In this document: piece after piece, positions 42,163 through 57,487 of the stretch
Numbering within the stretch: position 1 is the first letter of the stretch
How the letters are laid out: each line of letters begins with the position of its first letter
From: the human T2T-CHM13v2.0 reference genome, Homo sapiens
Length of the DNA stretch: 64,000 nucleotides
Assembly (NCBI RefSeq): GCF_009914755.1
Contig: NC_060945.1
Strand: one strand, 5' to 3'
Program-made: the position numbers and the translations under genes
The notes under the pieces: generated by a model
Database searches by the model: none
What the model saw: the letters and a program-made list of their open reading frames with translations, nothing else
Told to the model about the DNA's origin: nothing

Positions 42163-42500
42163 AAGGGTTGACAAACTGGTCCCTCCTCCAGATCTGTTTG
42201 GCTGCTTGTTTTTATGTGGCTCTTAGCTAACAACGGTTTCTTGTTGTGGCTTACATTTTTAAATGATTGAAAAAAATCAAAAGAGGAAGAATATTTTGTC
42301 ATGTGAAAATTATGTGAACTTCAAATTTCACCTTTCCTAGGTGAAGTTTTACTGGATCCCAGCTGTCTTCACTCATCCACGCATGGACTGCAGCTGTGCC
42401 TATGCAGCAGAATTGAGCAGTTAAGACCGAGACTACAGGGCCTACAAAGCTGAAAATATCTGCTCTCTGGCCCATTAGAGAAACAGTTTGCAGACTCGTA
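42163..42500. mobile_element. MER58B-like hAT element
   Basis: agggttgacaaact...aaaaaatcaaaaga...atgtgaaaattatgtgaacttcaaatttc...ggcccattagagaaacagtttgcagactc. Confidence 0.78.
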
Positions 42501-42857
42501 CAGGACAGTGCTGTGGACAGAACCAGCATGTGAGGTAGAACTTACTGGGTGTGCTGCAGGTCCAAGGCAGGGTGGGAAGGAGAGAGGGGAGAAAGGTTGA
42601 CAGGAGAGGCACTACTAAGAAAGGAGCATTGGAGAAAGGCCTGGGCTCTGCCCAGTGTTGGTTAGAGTTCGTTACTCTCCTTTTATCCATGCTCCAATGG
42701 ATAGTTCTAACTTGTGTTCTATCAGAAGACAAGGAATAGTAATGTCTGCAGTAACAATGGAGCTCCAGTCCTGGATTCAATATCTGCCCTCTATAGCTCA
42801 GTAGGGATTAAGAGGAGGATGGCATTCTTTCTCTAGAGCTAGGCTTTGTCTCTCTTT

Positions 42858-43165
42858 CCTTTTCTTTTTTCTTTTTTTTTTTTTTCCTGAGACAGTCTCG
42901 CCTTGTCACCCAGGCTGGAGTGCATTGATGCCATCTCAGCTGACTGCAGCCTCGACCTCCCAGGCTCAAGTGATTCTCCCACTTCAGCCTCCTGAGCAGC
43001 TGGGACCACAGGCACACACCACCACACCCAGCTATTTTTTTTCTTTTGATAGAGATGAGGTCTCACTATGTTGCCCAGGCTGGTCTTAAACCCGTGGGCT
43101 CAAGCAATCCTCCCAATTCAGCCTTTGAAAGTGCTAGGATTATAGGTGTGAGCCACCATGCCTAT
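42858..43165 (-). mobile_element. AluJ
   Basis: Reverse dimer with J diagnostics (ggctcaagcaatcctccc). Confidence 0.9.
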
Positions 43166-43272
43166 CCTCTTATCTATTTTTGGGTAATGAAAAGCTTTAG
43201 CCTTGACTAAAGAGAATTTTAGACATCAACATGCATGAATAGGTATTTGCGAGGAGAATATTGAAAAAGTTG

Positions 43273-43615
43273 TCTGGGCAAGGCACAGTGGCTCATGCCT
43301 GTAATCACAGCACATTAGGAGGCCGAGGCAGGAGGACCGCTGCAGGTCAGGAATTTGAGACCAGCCTGGGCAACATAGTGAGACCTTGTCTCTACAAAAA
43401 TCAAAAAGTTAACTGGGCATGGTGATGGTGGTATGCACTTGTAGTCCCAGCTACTCAGGAGGCTGAGGTAGGAGGATCACATGAGCCTGGAAGGTCAAGG
43501 CTGCAGTGAGCCAGGATGGTGCCACTACACTGCATTCAGCCTGGGTGGTAGAGTGAGACCCTGTCTCAAAACAAAAACAAAAACAAAAAAACAAAAGAAA
43601 AGAAAAAAAGAAAAG
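43273..43615 (+). mobile_element. AluJ
   Basis: Forward dimer (agcctgggcaacatagtgagacc) with (CAAAA/GAAAA) tail. Confidence 0.9.
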
Positions 43616-44767
43616 AAACAGTTGTCCAATAGGCTACTGTATGTTCCCTGTTAGGAATGTGCTAGAAGCATTCAGACCAAGGGCCCCTGTGAACACTCTG
43701 GCTTATGTTGAGGGGAAATACTCCACAAGTCCAGATGCAACACGTGCCACAGATTCCACACGGGCCCACGGGAGCAACACAGGCACTCCCTGAATCACAC
43801 TCTCCTTCAGTGGGAAGTCTTGTTTCCTAAATTCACTAAGGATCTGCCACCTAAATTCTTCTGTTATTTACAGAAAAACAAACCCTGTTTCCAACTTCAA
43901 ATTGTTACTGGCAGGCAAAACAAGAAGGTAAAATGGTTTTATTTCTTATACATCTATAATTACTCAAAGCACAAAGTACTTTTATTTTTGGTCTCAACTT
44001 AAATTTTTCAAAAGAACAGGAAGAGTTTATTACAGGAATTGAAAGAATTTGAAGTAGCTTTCAGCATTTTTAATACAATGAAGAGTTTGGCTTTAAAAAT
44101 GTTATGGGCTATCTTGAAATAGTTTGTTACATCTTAGTGCATTAACTTAAATGTATTTGAACTAGTGAAATACGTTTGAAGGCACACATTGTGTTTTTCT
44201 GTCTTGCTTCATGCTACCTTGAAAATAGTCTGGAAAATAGCTGTGCCCTCCTGGCTGGGGTTCTTCCTGTGATGGACCCTAACCAACTTCGTCCAGCCGA
44301 GTTGCCATAATAATAACAATAAAACTAATGTCATGTTTCTTCCCTTGCCTTAGGAGAGGGGTCCATGACATAGCAGATGCCATTTGATGATGTCTATGTA
44401 ATTCTTGATTGGATATATGTTTTCCTTTTTCATTCTAACATCTGTGCCCTGTTGACTAACTTATGTATCTCACTTGATTTCTCTGAAAAGATGGGAAATG
44501 TCATCAGCGAGATGGCTTAAGGACTGCTGTCTGAGGAAATACAGCACATTAAACAGTGTATATCCATATATGCACTCCCTGTATGGATGGCATCCATGCA
44601 TTCATAATGCTCAATGCCATATTAACTTTAGCTTGATTTTCCAATTTGTTCTCTGTGAAAAGCAGAGTTAGGATTATATGAGAACTGATAAAACTGTCTA
44701 AGATGGTCTTCTGAATACTTTTATTAAATTACTACCTACCCATCTATTTTTAAAAATTAATTAATTA

Positions 44768-45057
44768 AATTTTTGAGACGAGTCTTGCTCTGCCACTCAG
44801 GCTAGAGTACAGTTGAGCAATCTTGGCTCACTGCAGCCTCTGTCTCCTAGCGTTCAAGGAATTATTCTGCCTCAACCTCATGAGTAGCTGCGACTATAGG
44901 CATGATCCATCATGCCTGGCTAATTTTTGTATTTTTAATAGAGATAGGGTTTCACCATGTTGGCCAGGCTGGTCTCGAACTCGTGATGTTAAGTGATCTG
45001 CCCGCCTTGGCTTCCCAAAATGCTGGGATTACAGGCATGTGCCACTGTGCCCGACCC
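44768..45057 (-). mobile_element. AluS
   Basis: Reverse dimer; flanks acc(ta/ca)tccatctatt-like. Confidence 0.9.
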
Positions 45058-48000
45058 TATCCATCTATTATTAGGTTACTGAAAATAAACTTCTATTTTT
45101 TGTTGGGAAAATTTCACCACATTTACATTTATTGGGAGATATTTGCCATCAGAAATGGCAGTGCTGTCCAGAGCCATTGGTGGGGTGGGCGGAATCAGCA
45201 TCTAGGATAGGGATCCAAATCGGGGTTGTTAATCAAGGGACCACCTTATGGATTCCAGAGTGGGCCCACATCCGTTATCCTCTATGGCTATCAAGTCAGC
45301 ACTGGGAGGTGAGGAGAGAGGAGAATTCATCATTAAAATGCACTGCTACTTTCTTGGTTATGACATAATGAATAAAACACACAACTCAGAACTAGAGAAA
45401 AGGGTTCAAGTTCCAATAATGACAAATCAAGTGACTTAAGGTCATTTTGTTAGGTGTAGAGATGGGTGTCGTATCTAATTTTCTGAAATTTAATCCAGTA
45501 CTTTTTACACTGTATTCTAATTATATATAATTTACTTGTTGGAAATGGATTTAACTTACGCTAATGTTACTTTAAAATGTGATGAAATAGTGTCAACTTA
45601 TATTTTTACATGTACTTTTCAGTTTTCACTATGAATATTACATGTTTGTATATATATGTTACTGTAAAGCTTCCTAGTGAATATTATGCATAGTGTGCTT
45701 ATTAGACAATTTAAGTCATTTTCAATATCATTCTGACCATACACAATTTTTGACCTAGTGTCACAACTTCAGGACCTGGTCCAATTGTAAAAATGTAATG
45801 TTGATGCACTAAGAAAACACCTAAGGATGAGCGTCAATAGATGTCCAAAATACCCCTTTAGTTGCAACCTTATTTGCATTTCTGATAATATGCTCTTTAA
45901 ATCAGGCAAGTACAATACTTGCCTTCTAAAGTTATATTGCAACTTTACAGCTTATAACCTAACCGTTATACAAAAAATCAAAGTGCCTACACTTAGATTT
46001 TTCGTGTTCATCCAGACTCAACGTGAAACTCTTAGAAGAAACCATCCAACAGGATTTCTGGCTTGACGGCAGACGGCCTTGGTCCTAAGCCTTAGTCCAA
46101 GTTCAATTTGTGTCCTGTCAAGGCCACTCTGCTGGAGAGGTACAGCTTTTTCAGTGGGGTTTGAATCAAGAATTGCCTCTTAGGCTGACAGTCCCAGATA
46201 GTGTCTCTTCCCAGCCTGCCTGAGCATCAGACCTAGATTCCACCCCTGTGGCTGCGAGTAGCTCTTGCAAATGCAGCCAGCATTTTCCTGGCTGCGCTCT
46301 AGGCTGGAAACCAAGGGAACTGCCTGCTTAGTTGAGGAGACCTGCCGGACCCTTTGTGCATGCAGGCTGGCAGCTCTGTCCTGGGACAGAGAACTGGAGT
46401 CCTTGAAGAAGGCCCATCACATGGCTAAACCGAGAGGAGTAACCCAATGTATAGACGGAGAGATGCAGAATACATTCCAAATGGTATAAATAAACACCAT
46501 GGCTTCATTATAGAAACATGCATAGTTTACATATACACCAAAAAGATGCAAATTTAGTCACCTAGGGCTTTCTAGAAAGTCCACAGTTTTTTTTTTAAAG
46601 CACCACCTCTTGATATGAACCTTTTATGATAAAAGTAAACAATGGTAAATGGTTTATGCATTAATTTAACGCATATTTATTGCACTCCTGCTGAGGGTAC
46701 AGTGAACACACAAGACATGTCCTCAACCCTCACGGAACCTAGAGTCTAGTCCACCTAAAAAAGTTGAGAAAGAACAATCTTACTTTATACGGATGACCAG
46801 AGATTTTGAAAGTTTTTTTTCTTTTCTTGTTATCAAGGAAGGAGGTTAGACTCGTTAATATGAGAAGGGCTAAAAATTCTTTAAGTATTTGTAAGACATG
46901 TTGGTGTTCAGGAATTTCAATAAGGCTATTATAAAACCAATGCTAGAACCAATGGATTAGTTCCTAAAAGCAAATGCAAACTTTTGTCATTTTTCATAGC
47001 CTAAAGATTAAAGTGATAGTTGAAGAATTAAGTAAAGTTTATTTCAAGGCAACCTTTTTGAATTTCAGTTGATATAGGAAAAAAGGGTGTCTACTCACTA
47101 TGAAAGTTACTCTAAGCTTAAGTTTACAATTTGGAAAGAAAAGGATACTACGTAAGAATGTAAATTTCATATATCTTTAATTTTTATGGGGTTGGGTATA
47201 ATTTATAACATGAGTTTGCAAGGAATAGTAAAGGGAGTTAATATTTATTGAGCATTATTATGCACGAACTACAATCTTGGCACTTCCTAGTCATTAACTG
47301 GTTGACTGCTCAGAAACCCAGGAGGCAGAACCAGGCAGCCTGGGTGGAAGTCCTCAATCTGACAGTCACCAGCCTTCAGAACTTGGGTAAGTTCCTGTGA
47401 CTTCAGGATCTCCCTCTGCACAAAACTGGGTGTTCCCAGCTCACAGATCAAATGAGATAATGCATGCAGAAGTTTAGCATTGTGCCTGGCGGGGAGCAAA
47501 TATCTCTAAGGACAGCTGTCCCAGTTGGCCAGGAAATACTAGTGCTGGAAGGTGCCTCCAAGACTGCCTTTTCCAAGGTACCTTGCATTTCCCTGGGGTA
47601 GAGGGATTTTAGTGCAGAAGGCAAGTGGAGCCTGCAGTTTATTAAACGATGACTACGGAGGTCACTGGAAATAAGGCAGTTTTGTTTTTAAATGACAGAC
47701 TGAGTCATTTTCCTGTTGTAAGAGCTCAACTCTGAAACTTAATAGGTTGTAATGATGTCTCAATTAGCTGGAATTATTGGGTATAGTGGAGATGTGATAT
47801 TCTGGTTAAAAATATTCTTCAGATTACTGAAATTTAATTAAATCTCTGAATATTCAACTTAGTATTTTACAGAAATCATACCTCTCTTTCTTAATTCTAA
47901 ATGAGAATTTTGCTTATTCTCAGTAAAATTTTCACGCAGATAGTACAATACTGAGGGCCAAATGGTAAAATTATTCTCAGGATTTTTATTGCAAGTAATC

Positions 48001-48239
48001 ACTTTGATAATTGTTCTCAGCACAGAAATATTTAAGCAATTGACCATTTCATATTTTGGGGACAGCCTGTGGTTCTGCAAAGATTTCTTATTTAATGCAA
48101 AAATAAAACAACAACACAAATTTTATATCAATAGGAAAAAAACTCTGTCTTAAATTGCATTCTCTGGATAAATGTTTTGAGATGTATATAATCATTAAAT
48201 ATTCTAAATAATGAATGTTTTATTTTATGAGTGACCATG

Positions 48240-48244
<5 letters not shown>

Positions 48245-48287
<43 letters not shown>
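48245..48287. repeat. (CA)n microsatellite
   Basis: Direct reading. Confidence 0.93.
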
Positions 48288-48768
48288 GCATGCACACAAG
48301 TAGCTGGTAATCACATTGTCCTTAATTTGCATCCAAAGAGGGTCAGCTGATTCTGAGACTGATTAGGAGAGAAGGTGACAGGCACTGCTAAAAGAGACAC
48401 TTTAGGAGATAAACTAAAAATTGGAATTTTCTGAAAAACCAAAGAATTCCTTAGTTGTACAATGTTCAGGTACTTCATCAAATATGTTATCAATTATCCA
48501 TAGCTTTAAATATTCTTTCTGATTTTGAATCAGAAACAAAACCTGCCATGAATTAAATTGTATTTGCTTACACAAATCCTTTTGTTTCTCCAAGAATGTC
48601 AAATGAAACTTTATTGTCATTTACTTTTAATTTTATTCAGAACTGCTTACATTGTCTTTTGGATTTCTGTCAAGGCATGGGGTAGCACTTTAATTAGCTT
48701 AATATTTGTAAAAGTATTTAAGAGCCCTTTCTGAGACTTCATCTTGCATAATATAGACATCATAATAT

Positions 48769-48811
48769 AGCCCATAGAAAGATATTCCTCTTGAATATCT
48801 TTCTATGGGCT
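48769..48811. repeat. Perfect inverted repeat, 19-bp arms with 5-nt spacer
   Basis: agcccatagaaagatattc-ctctt-gaatatctttctatgggct. Confidence 0.95.
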
Positions 48812-49609
48812 TATATTTGGGATGTGAAGATGTCCATTTCCCATGAAACTTATCACAAATTGGACCACTACTGCCCTTTACTTTTCAATAAACTATATTG
48901 AAAATTACCATAGTAGAAACTCATATGAAAAGTGGTTGGTCGCCTGGTGTACTGAGTGTGGTTCACATCTTTGGGTGCCTGCCGTTGTATAGTCTAGGGC
49001 ATTTCACTGTATCATGAGTTAGACCTGAGCTCAGCATGTTTGCTCTCTGGAGATCCTGATAGCGGGGATGCCATCTCCATGGCAGTCTTGGAAACACGTA
49101 ATGCTTCACAGGCAATTGTGATATGGAACACTTGTCTTCTAGGCCTCTTCATTCCCAGCTCACATATACACTCACCTCTCCTTCACTCACCCATTCATTC
49201 ATTCATGGAACACATGCCAGCCATGAGGGATCAGAACTGAGTAAGCCTCTCTTCCTGCTGCCAAGGAGCTCCCAGAACAGTGGAGGGGATGCACATGAAA
49301 CAGACTGCAGAAGCCACTGGGTGGGAACCTCCCTGAGCCATCGCCAAGAGCAATGGGTAACATAGAGGGTGAAACTCTAATTGCACTCTGGGGATTCCCA
49401 TCTTCATGGGGGCAGTCATGCACAATCTGAGCCTCAAATGAGCAGGAATGGACAGGAGACGTAAGCGTGTTACAAACTGCCTGAACACTGACAGGAGAGA
49501 CGATGACACTTGTGGACTGCTGCTTGGGTAGGTATCCCTGGGAAGGCGAGGCAAGATAAGGGGCCTGAATCCAGGTGCTGCAGCTGATGTAGGATGGCTG
49601 CATTCACTA

Positions 49610-50024
<415 letters not shown>

Positions 50025-52325
50025 TTATTTTGATCAATAGAGGGTGTCATTACAGAAGCAGTGCTTATTCAATGATAATTAAATAAACGTAATATCTATC
50101 TCCAGTGTTACAGAAAGGCCACCAAAGTGCCCCTTACCTTTCAAAGGCTTAGAGTCTAAATGGCTATTTTCCCACCAAAACCCCAGAGCTATTTCCTCCT
50201 TTACCCTGTGTCTCTGTACTGAATGCATCTTTTACTTCTGATCAGTGTCCGTGACCATGAATGAGCTTCCACCTTAGACTTCCCACGACTGCATATGTCC
50301 ACCGTGGCTGACAGATGTGGGGCTCCCTCTTTGGGGCTAACGCTATTTCTCCTTCTTTCTTTCTCCTTACACAAAACAGATATTCTGAATTTTATGCCAT
50401 AAATAAAGGCATGTTATATGTAACATATTGTCCTTTACATATACTTAAGATTTCGTGTAATAGTGTCCAATTCGATTGAATCAGTGGTGTCCTTTAAAAG
50501 CTCATTATATAAACAGGCCGATGTGAAATGCTAAGCTGGTGACAGGGCAGCCCCAACCTCATTAGTCAGTTAGATCACCGGCAAGTCTGCCTGCTGACAG
50601 GCCATGCCACAAAGGCCCACTACAGAGATAGATTGCACTCCTCCATGAACAATGTATTCAGTCGATTCACAATCTAATGAGAGCCAGGCTTCCTTTTAAT
50701 AGTCCCACAACATTTCACCCTTTGGCACTAAAGAGAAATTTAACTGCAATGCACTGACTTTTGTGGCTGCTTTCTACAGAGAGAGAAAGGATACAATGCC
50801 TTTTAAAGCCTCAGAAGTTTCCATTTTTAGTTATAAGAGCTAGATCCTCTGTGGACAGACACCTCTCTCATGCAGGACCCAAAAGATCCAAAAAGCTTTT
50901 GAGGCCACAGTAATACCTGGTCTTTTTCAGGGCAAAACACGAGAGAATGTGTAAAGCTAGTGGGTAAAACTTCACAGTCTTCAATTCAAGACAGAGTGAG
51001 TCAGCATTCCATTTGTAGAGTGGCGGGAATGCGTGTGGGGTTATGGCTTGCTGAGCGTCTTTATTCTACAATGTGTGTGATGCTCGCAGGGGGTGGATGT
51101 GCTTACAAAGACCAATGACACCACCTCCCACACTCCTCGGCCTGCACTTTCTATGCAGCTAAACAGTCATATCACGCTGCCCGCTGGAAACACAACTCAT
51201 TGGCTGCGGTTGAGAAACGCTGACACAAAGGGGCTCGCTGCATTAACGCCCGTAATACCAAAGGTGGTATCCGCCCCAACAATGAAAATCCATTTTTGTT
51301 ACAGAGGCTGGTCATCTTATGAAAGAACCCATACTAGAAGGAAAACAAACAAACAATCAAACAAACAAACAGATGCAATGGTTAGAAGAGGTGTGTGATG
51401 TGAAGACCTTATTGTAGTTGTTGGCTGCCCTCTTCTCCCAGTGACGCCACAGAAAAAAAACGGTGAGGAAAGAGACAAGAAAAAAAATCACATGCCATGA
51501 GAGAAATTCAGAGCGGGGATAGTTAATGCAATGTTACAGAACTTTTGATTCGATAATAACGTTCTGGATGAAACGGAATTTGGCCTAAGACAGAGCCATC
51601 TCCAAGAGCACATTCAGGAGGATGACTAATGCCATGGCCCACCAGGTCAGGGCCATGCTACTGACCTGAAGGCCATGGAACAGTGGTGGTTGGTGATGAG
51701 CTTGCTCCAGAATCAACACTGCTTCCTTACTTGAGAAAATTTGCTATGGAAACCATGGCTGTTGAATGAAACGATGTGCTTAGTGATGCAATTGTTTACA
51801 CTGTGGCTCAAGCTTTCTTTCTCTCCCAGCTACTTCCAACAAACACTAAAGTAACCAGCAGCCAGTCTGCCTCTATGGGCCACACATGGGGTAGCACTGC
51901 CCTGGGAGTCAGTGGATTCAACAGCTCACTTCACTGGCAAGAAAATTTAGGGGCTTTCTTGAGAACACATCTAGTTAGTGGCACAGTGAGGACTTGGCCT
52001 GTTTTCTGCCACCTCGGTGGACTGTCTGCCACCGCATGCTTTGCCATTTAAAAAAAGCAATTTGAAAACATTTTTGCTGGGATGAAATGAGAGCATGCAG
52101 TCAGGGACATCAATTTTACTATTTCTGTAGAGACCACTGCTTAGACCTTGATCAAGATTCAAGGAAGAAAAAAAAAAAAAGATACAACCACTTTATTCTC
52201 TGAGACACAGAATTTGCTGTAAAAGTATTCAAAATGTGGATACAAATACTGCATTTTAAGAAAAGGGCTTTCAACTTAATTTTGAAAAAATAAAAGTTTT
52301 GTAAAATTCGAGAGTCTTGGTGTCA

Positions 52326-52496
<171 letters not shown>

Positions 52497-52964
52497 TTAG
52501 AGACGCTTTCCGGAGCAGATCGAAGCCTACACAGCCAAAGGTGGTCCCCGAGGACAACCCATCCCTATGTTTGGCACAGAGAAAGAAGTTTTTAGCGGTC
52601 ATGGGAAATGTCAATTTTGTAGAATTACTGTGTCCAACTCTAGGCCTTTGTTTATTTGCTCTTTGGAAACATGAATCTTGGGGACCTATCATGGTATTCC
52701 TTCTCACCATGTCTTTGACAACCTCGTGAATCAATCCCAATTTTGAACAAGGGGTACAACAGAAAGTTGCAAAACAAAATTTCCCTTATGAAATGCTGTC
52801 TATGGTGTGTATTGAAGGTCCTTCTCTCCCCGCTGGAAGCTTTGCTTAGTGATGTGGTATTGGGGTTTCTCAATTGATTAGAATGACTTCGGGCAAAAAT
52901 AATCAAGATTCTTCTGCCTTTGGGTGTCTTTCATGGCTTTTGTTCTTCAATTAAAAACCCTTGT

Positions 52965-53291
<327 letters not shown>

Positions 53292-53382
53292 CTAGCCACA
53301 GAGTGCTGAAGCAATGTTAAAGAGGAAACAAAAGTGTGCAATTTAAAGCAACCTATTTCTGCTGAGTGTGCAATAAGTCAGT

Positions 53383-53470
53383 GGGCCAATGAGAGACAAT
53401 CCCAATTACAGGGGGCCAATGAGAGACAATCTCAATTACAGGGAGCCAATGAGAGACAATTCCAATTACA
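53383..53470. repeat. 30-bp tandem repeat, 3 copies
   Basis: g(g/a)gccaatgagagacaatyycaattaca(gg) at 53383, 53413 and 53443. Confidence 0.93.
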
Positions 53471-53964
53471 TCCCAGTTAGAGCTGATAGGCATGTGTTGG
53501 AAATGTGCTACCTACTAGGTACATGGTGTAGAACTAAGAGATGTAAAACATTTTGCCAACCAAGAGTTCAGAATGTAATCAGAGCTATGAGATACACACA
53601 CTGAAAGAAGGTTGCAATGCAAGGCAGCAGGAAAACAGGTGTCTTCTGAGAAGCAGAAGCAAATGACGACACAGAGATCAGAGGGAAAGAATCCTTTAGA
53701 TTAAAAAATGTTTTTGGATTGACAATTTTTAGATCACTGCAGAACTACAGAAAGCCAGTTCTGTGGACATTTGCAAAAGGTTGTATGGCACACGGGAGAT
53801 AAGAAAGCTGAAGTAGTGGATATGAACTCATTTTGGGGAGTTTGGAAGTAATGGGAAAAGTAAAGCTATCTTATAGATAAAGGGTAGATTTGGGGAAGCG
53901 CATGACTAAGGGAAAGCTCCCTTCCTTTTTTATAAAGGAAGAGGAAGTTCTGAGTAGTAGCATG

Positions 53965-54160
53965 ATGTAGTTGCTAAGTTGATGGGCCATTTGAGTTTTT
54001 TCTGTCCAAGTTCACATTCTGGTTCTATCACTTGTTGGCTGTGTGCTTTTTCTGCGGGTTACTTAGCTTGTCTGTGACTCCATTTCTCTCTATATATAAT
54101 GGGCCAATGGAATTTGTATCATAGGGTTGTTATGAAAACAATGTGCTCAGTAAATATAAG
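53965..54160 (+). mobile_element. MIR fragment
   Basis: ggttctatcacttgttggctgtgtg...gttacttagcttgtctgtgactccattt...catagggttgttatga. Confidence 0.65.
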
Positions 54161-56222
54161 AAATCATAATCATAATATAATTATCATTAAGTGTTTGTAA
54201 ATAGGGGGAAGCAAATGGGAGAAATTTAACAACAACAACAAAAGGTAAACTTGAAGGAATAATGAATGTCCTGGCAGAAACTGAAGAGGGCAGAAGATAC
54301 AGGCTATGGAGTGAGTGGGGCAAAGGAACAAATACCTCTGGGATGGGAGGAGGGCAGAGCGACGGGAGGCCTTAGGTAGGCTTACTGGTTGAGGGAAGCC
54401 AGGTGAGGGCAGACACAGGTAAACTTACTGGTTGAAAGAAGCGGGTTGAAACCTGATTGTTGCTTTTCTCAACAATATGACAATAAGCCAAGCAGGAAAT
54501 CAGAATGGGAACATGAAGGAGAGAGTTATGGGCTTTGGAACAAAACAAAGTCTTGGAAAATGGCTATGGTCTATAGAAAAGGGTGCACCCTGTGTCTTAG
54601 GGCACTAAGGCGCTCTATCAAGGTGCCCCTCCCCAGGAGTCAGTGCTCTAAGATGCAGGGATTGCTACTCCAAGAGGATAATGGGACTCCACAGCTCCGT
54701 CCTCGCACTGAGGACCAAGCAGGAAGCTGATTCCGCAGGTCAGGGCTGGCGGGACTGGGAGAGAATGATACTATAAGAATGCCAAGAAACGAAGCCGATT
54801 CTCCAGCATATGTGGTTTGTTATGGTTTAGAAATATGAGTTTGAAAGGAAATGGGGACATTGCGGCCTCGATTTTCCAGTTAAGATGTACTTATAATTAA
54901 AACAAAGGTGTTAAAAGACAAGAGCTGGAGAGAGAGGAGGTGGGGGTTAGGTCTCTGGGCTGTTTGTTCCCTGCACCCCTCATTCACACACTTGCTGATG
55001 CTGTCCCTGACATCTGATCCAAATGGCCCCTGTCCTATGCTTTCTCCACCATCGTCCTTATGGGGATCCCTATCTCTCACTCTGATACCCCACTCCCACC
55101 CCACTTCTATGCCTGGTGACAGTTTCTATTTAGTTCCTAAACATTAATTCTGGTCTCTATTGTACTCTTTTAAAAGGGACATGGCCCCAGAGCACAATTC
55201 ACACTGTTCACCCACCCTAGTAATTTTCTGCTCCCAGAAGGCACCTCGCCGTCCTCTCCACGCTTTCGTTCCGCGCACTCCCTATGCACCCTGTGTCCCA
55301 GCCATGTCCAAAACACACGGGACCCCTGGATAGAGCCGAGCCTTTTCCCTGGGGCTTTCTTCTCCCTCCATCAGGGTTTGCCGCCCATGCCTGTGAGCCT
55401 CCCGCTGCAGCTGACACCTGCCTAGGCCTGGGGACCTGTCCCTGTAGTGTGCATATATGTTTGCGTGTCTGTCTTTGCATGTCTCTGGTCACCCAGCAGA
55501 CTCTACATGGCACCAGGAACTAAGCCCAGAGTGAGTCCTTGCTTTGAATGGGTAAAGCAATTTGTAGATGCTGAAATGCTGAGCATGCATCCCTCTCCTC
55601 AGCAGGTCCAGGGACAGCTGGCAGTCTGGAGTGCTACAGCCTCTCAGATCTATTAGTTCCAAAAATGCAAAGGCTCTGCTAGAACTGAAGTTAAAGTCCA
55701 GAACAGGAGCCGAGGGAGAGAATGGCTTCCAGCTAATGGTGATGATTATTGTTGAGCCTCTGCACCCAATTTCTTGCACATGGGGTCAAGCTCTTAGGCA
55801 GGAAACTTTGGACCTCAAATTCAATAAAAACTCATGGAATGGATTTCCCTCACACACAGATAATTCTGTGCTCATTGAAAAGCACACGGTTTTCCATAAA
55901 AATCCTTGAAAAATGATTTTTGAGTCTGACAGCTATACTGAGGCTGGGTTACTTTAATTTAGTTACACTTAACTGAATTTGACAAGAAGCCAGTTTGTTA
56001 GGAATTGGAGGCAATGTCAGGAGCACTGTCTCATCCTGAATCCTCTGGGCTCCCTGGGGCATGGCCTTTGGTGTGGTCCTCTCAGGAAGATGGCACACAA
56101 GAGTTGCAACCTTGATTTTCCAGTTGAGATATATTCATAATTAAACCAAAGGTGCCAGCATAGTGTTTACAAGAATGTCCCCAATTCTATCAGATAGCAT
56201 ACATATCATAATGTAATCATGA

Positions 56223-56573
<351 letters not shown>

Positions 56574-57197
56574 TGAAGGTCCCCACTGAAGAGGAGAGGG
56601 GGTACAGTTCTTGTATCCAGGACAGACTTAACTGTTTTTAAGAATGTAACAGCTTTATTACTTAGCCTACCAATGCTGCCATGATTTGTCAGTAATGTAT
56701 TTATTGTTCTGCCTGTTCCCTGAAGTGAAAGCATTTGGATCCCTCCTCCTAAAAAAAAAAAAAAAGTGATGAAAACAGTCCAGACAAACCAAAATAATTT
56801 AATTTGTACAAACACACAATAGGGCTATGTCCAATATCATTAGGAAGGTTTTTTGTTTGCTTGTGTTTTACAAAGGGCACTAAATTTTCTACTATGTTTC
56901 TAAAACATTACTTTAAAAATTTTTTAAATTATAAAAAATTTCCCTTCTTTAAGAATTTTATTGCTTTCTGTATAACTCCTGAGCTGTAATTTTTTCATAG
57001 GTTATCATCTCATTGCCAATGATGCCTATAAAATTACAATCCAAAGCCGATTGAGTTTCCAATGCAAAATGTATTAAGGGTCAAAAATTAGGTATATCCA
57101 TTTATTTAACTAAATTTGAAAATTGTGTTGACATTGGAAATTTAAGAATTTACTTACATGGTTTCAAATGTAATATATAGAAAAAGCAGAATTGGCT

Positions 57198-57487
<290 letters not shown>

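Noticed and set aside
42504-42524. REST/RE1-like motif (...gtggacagaacc)
   Set aside because: Only the right half-site matches; the left half deviates at several core positions.
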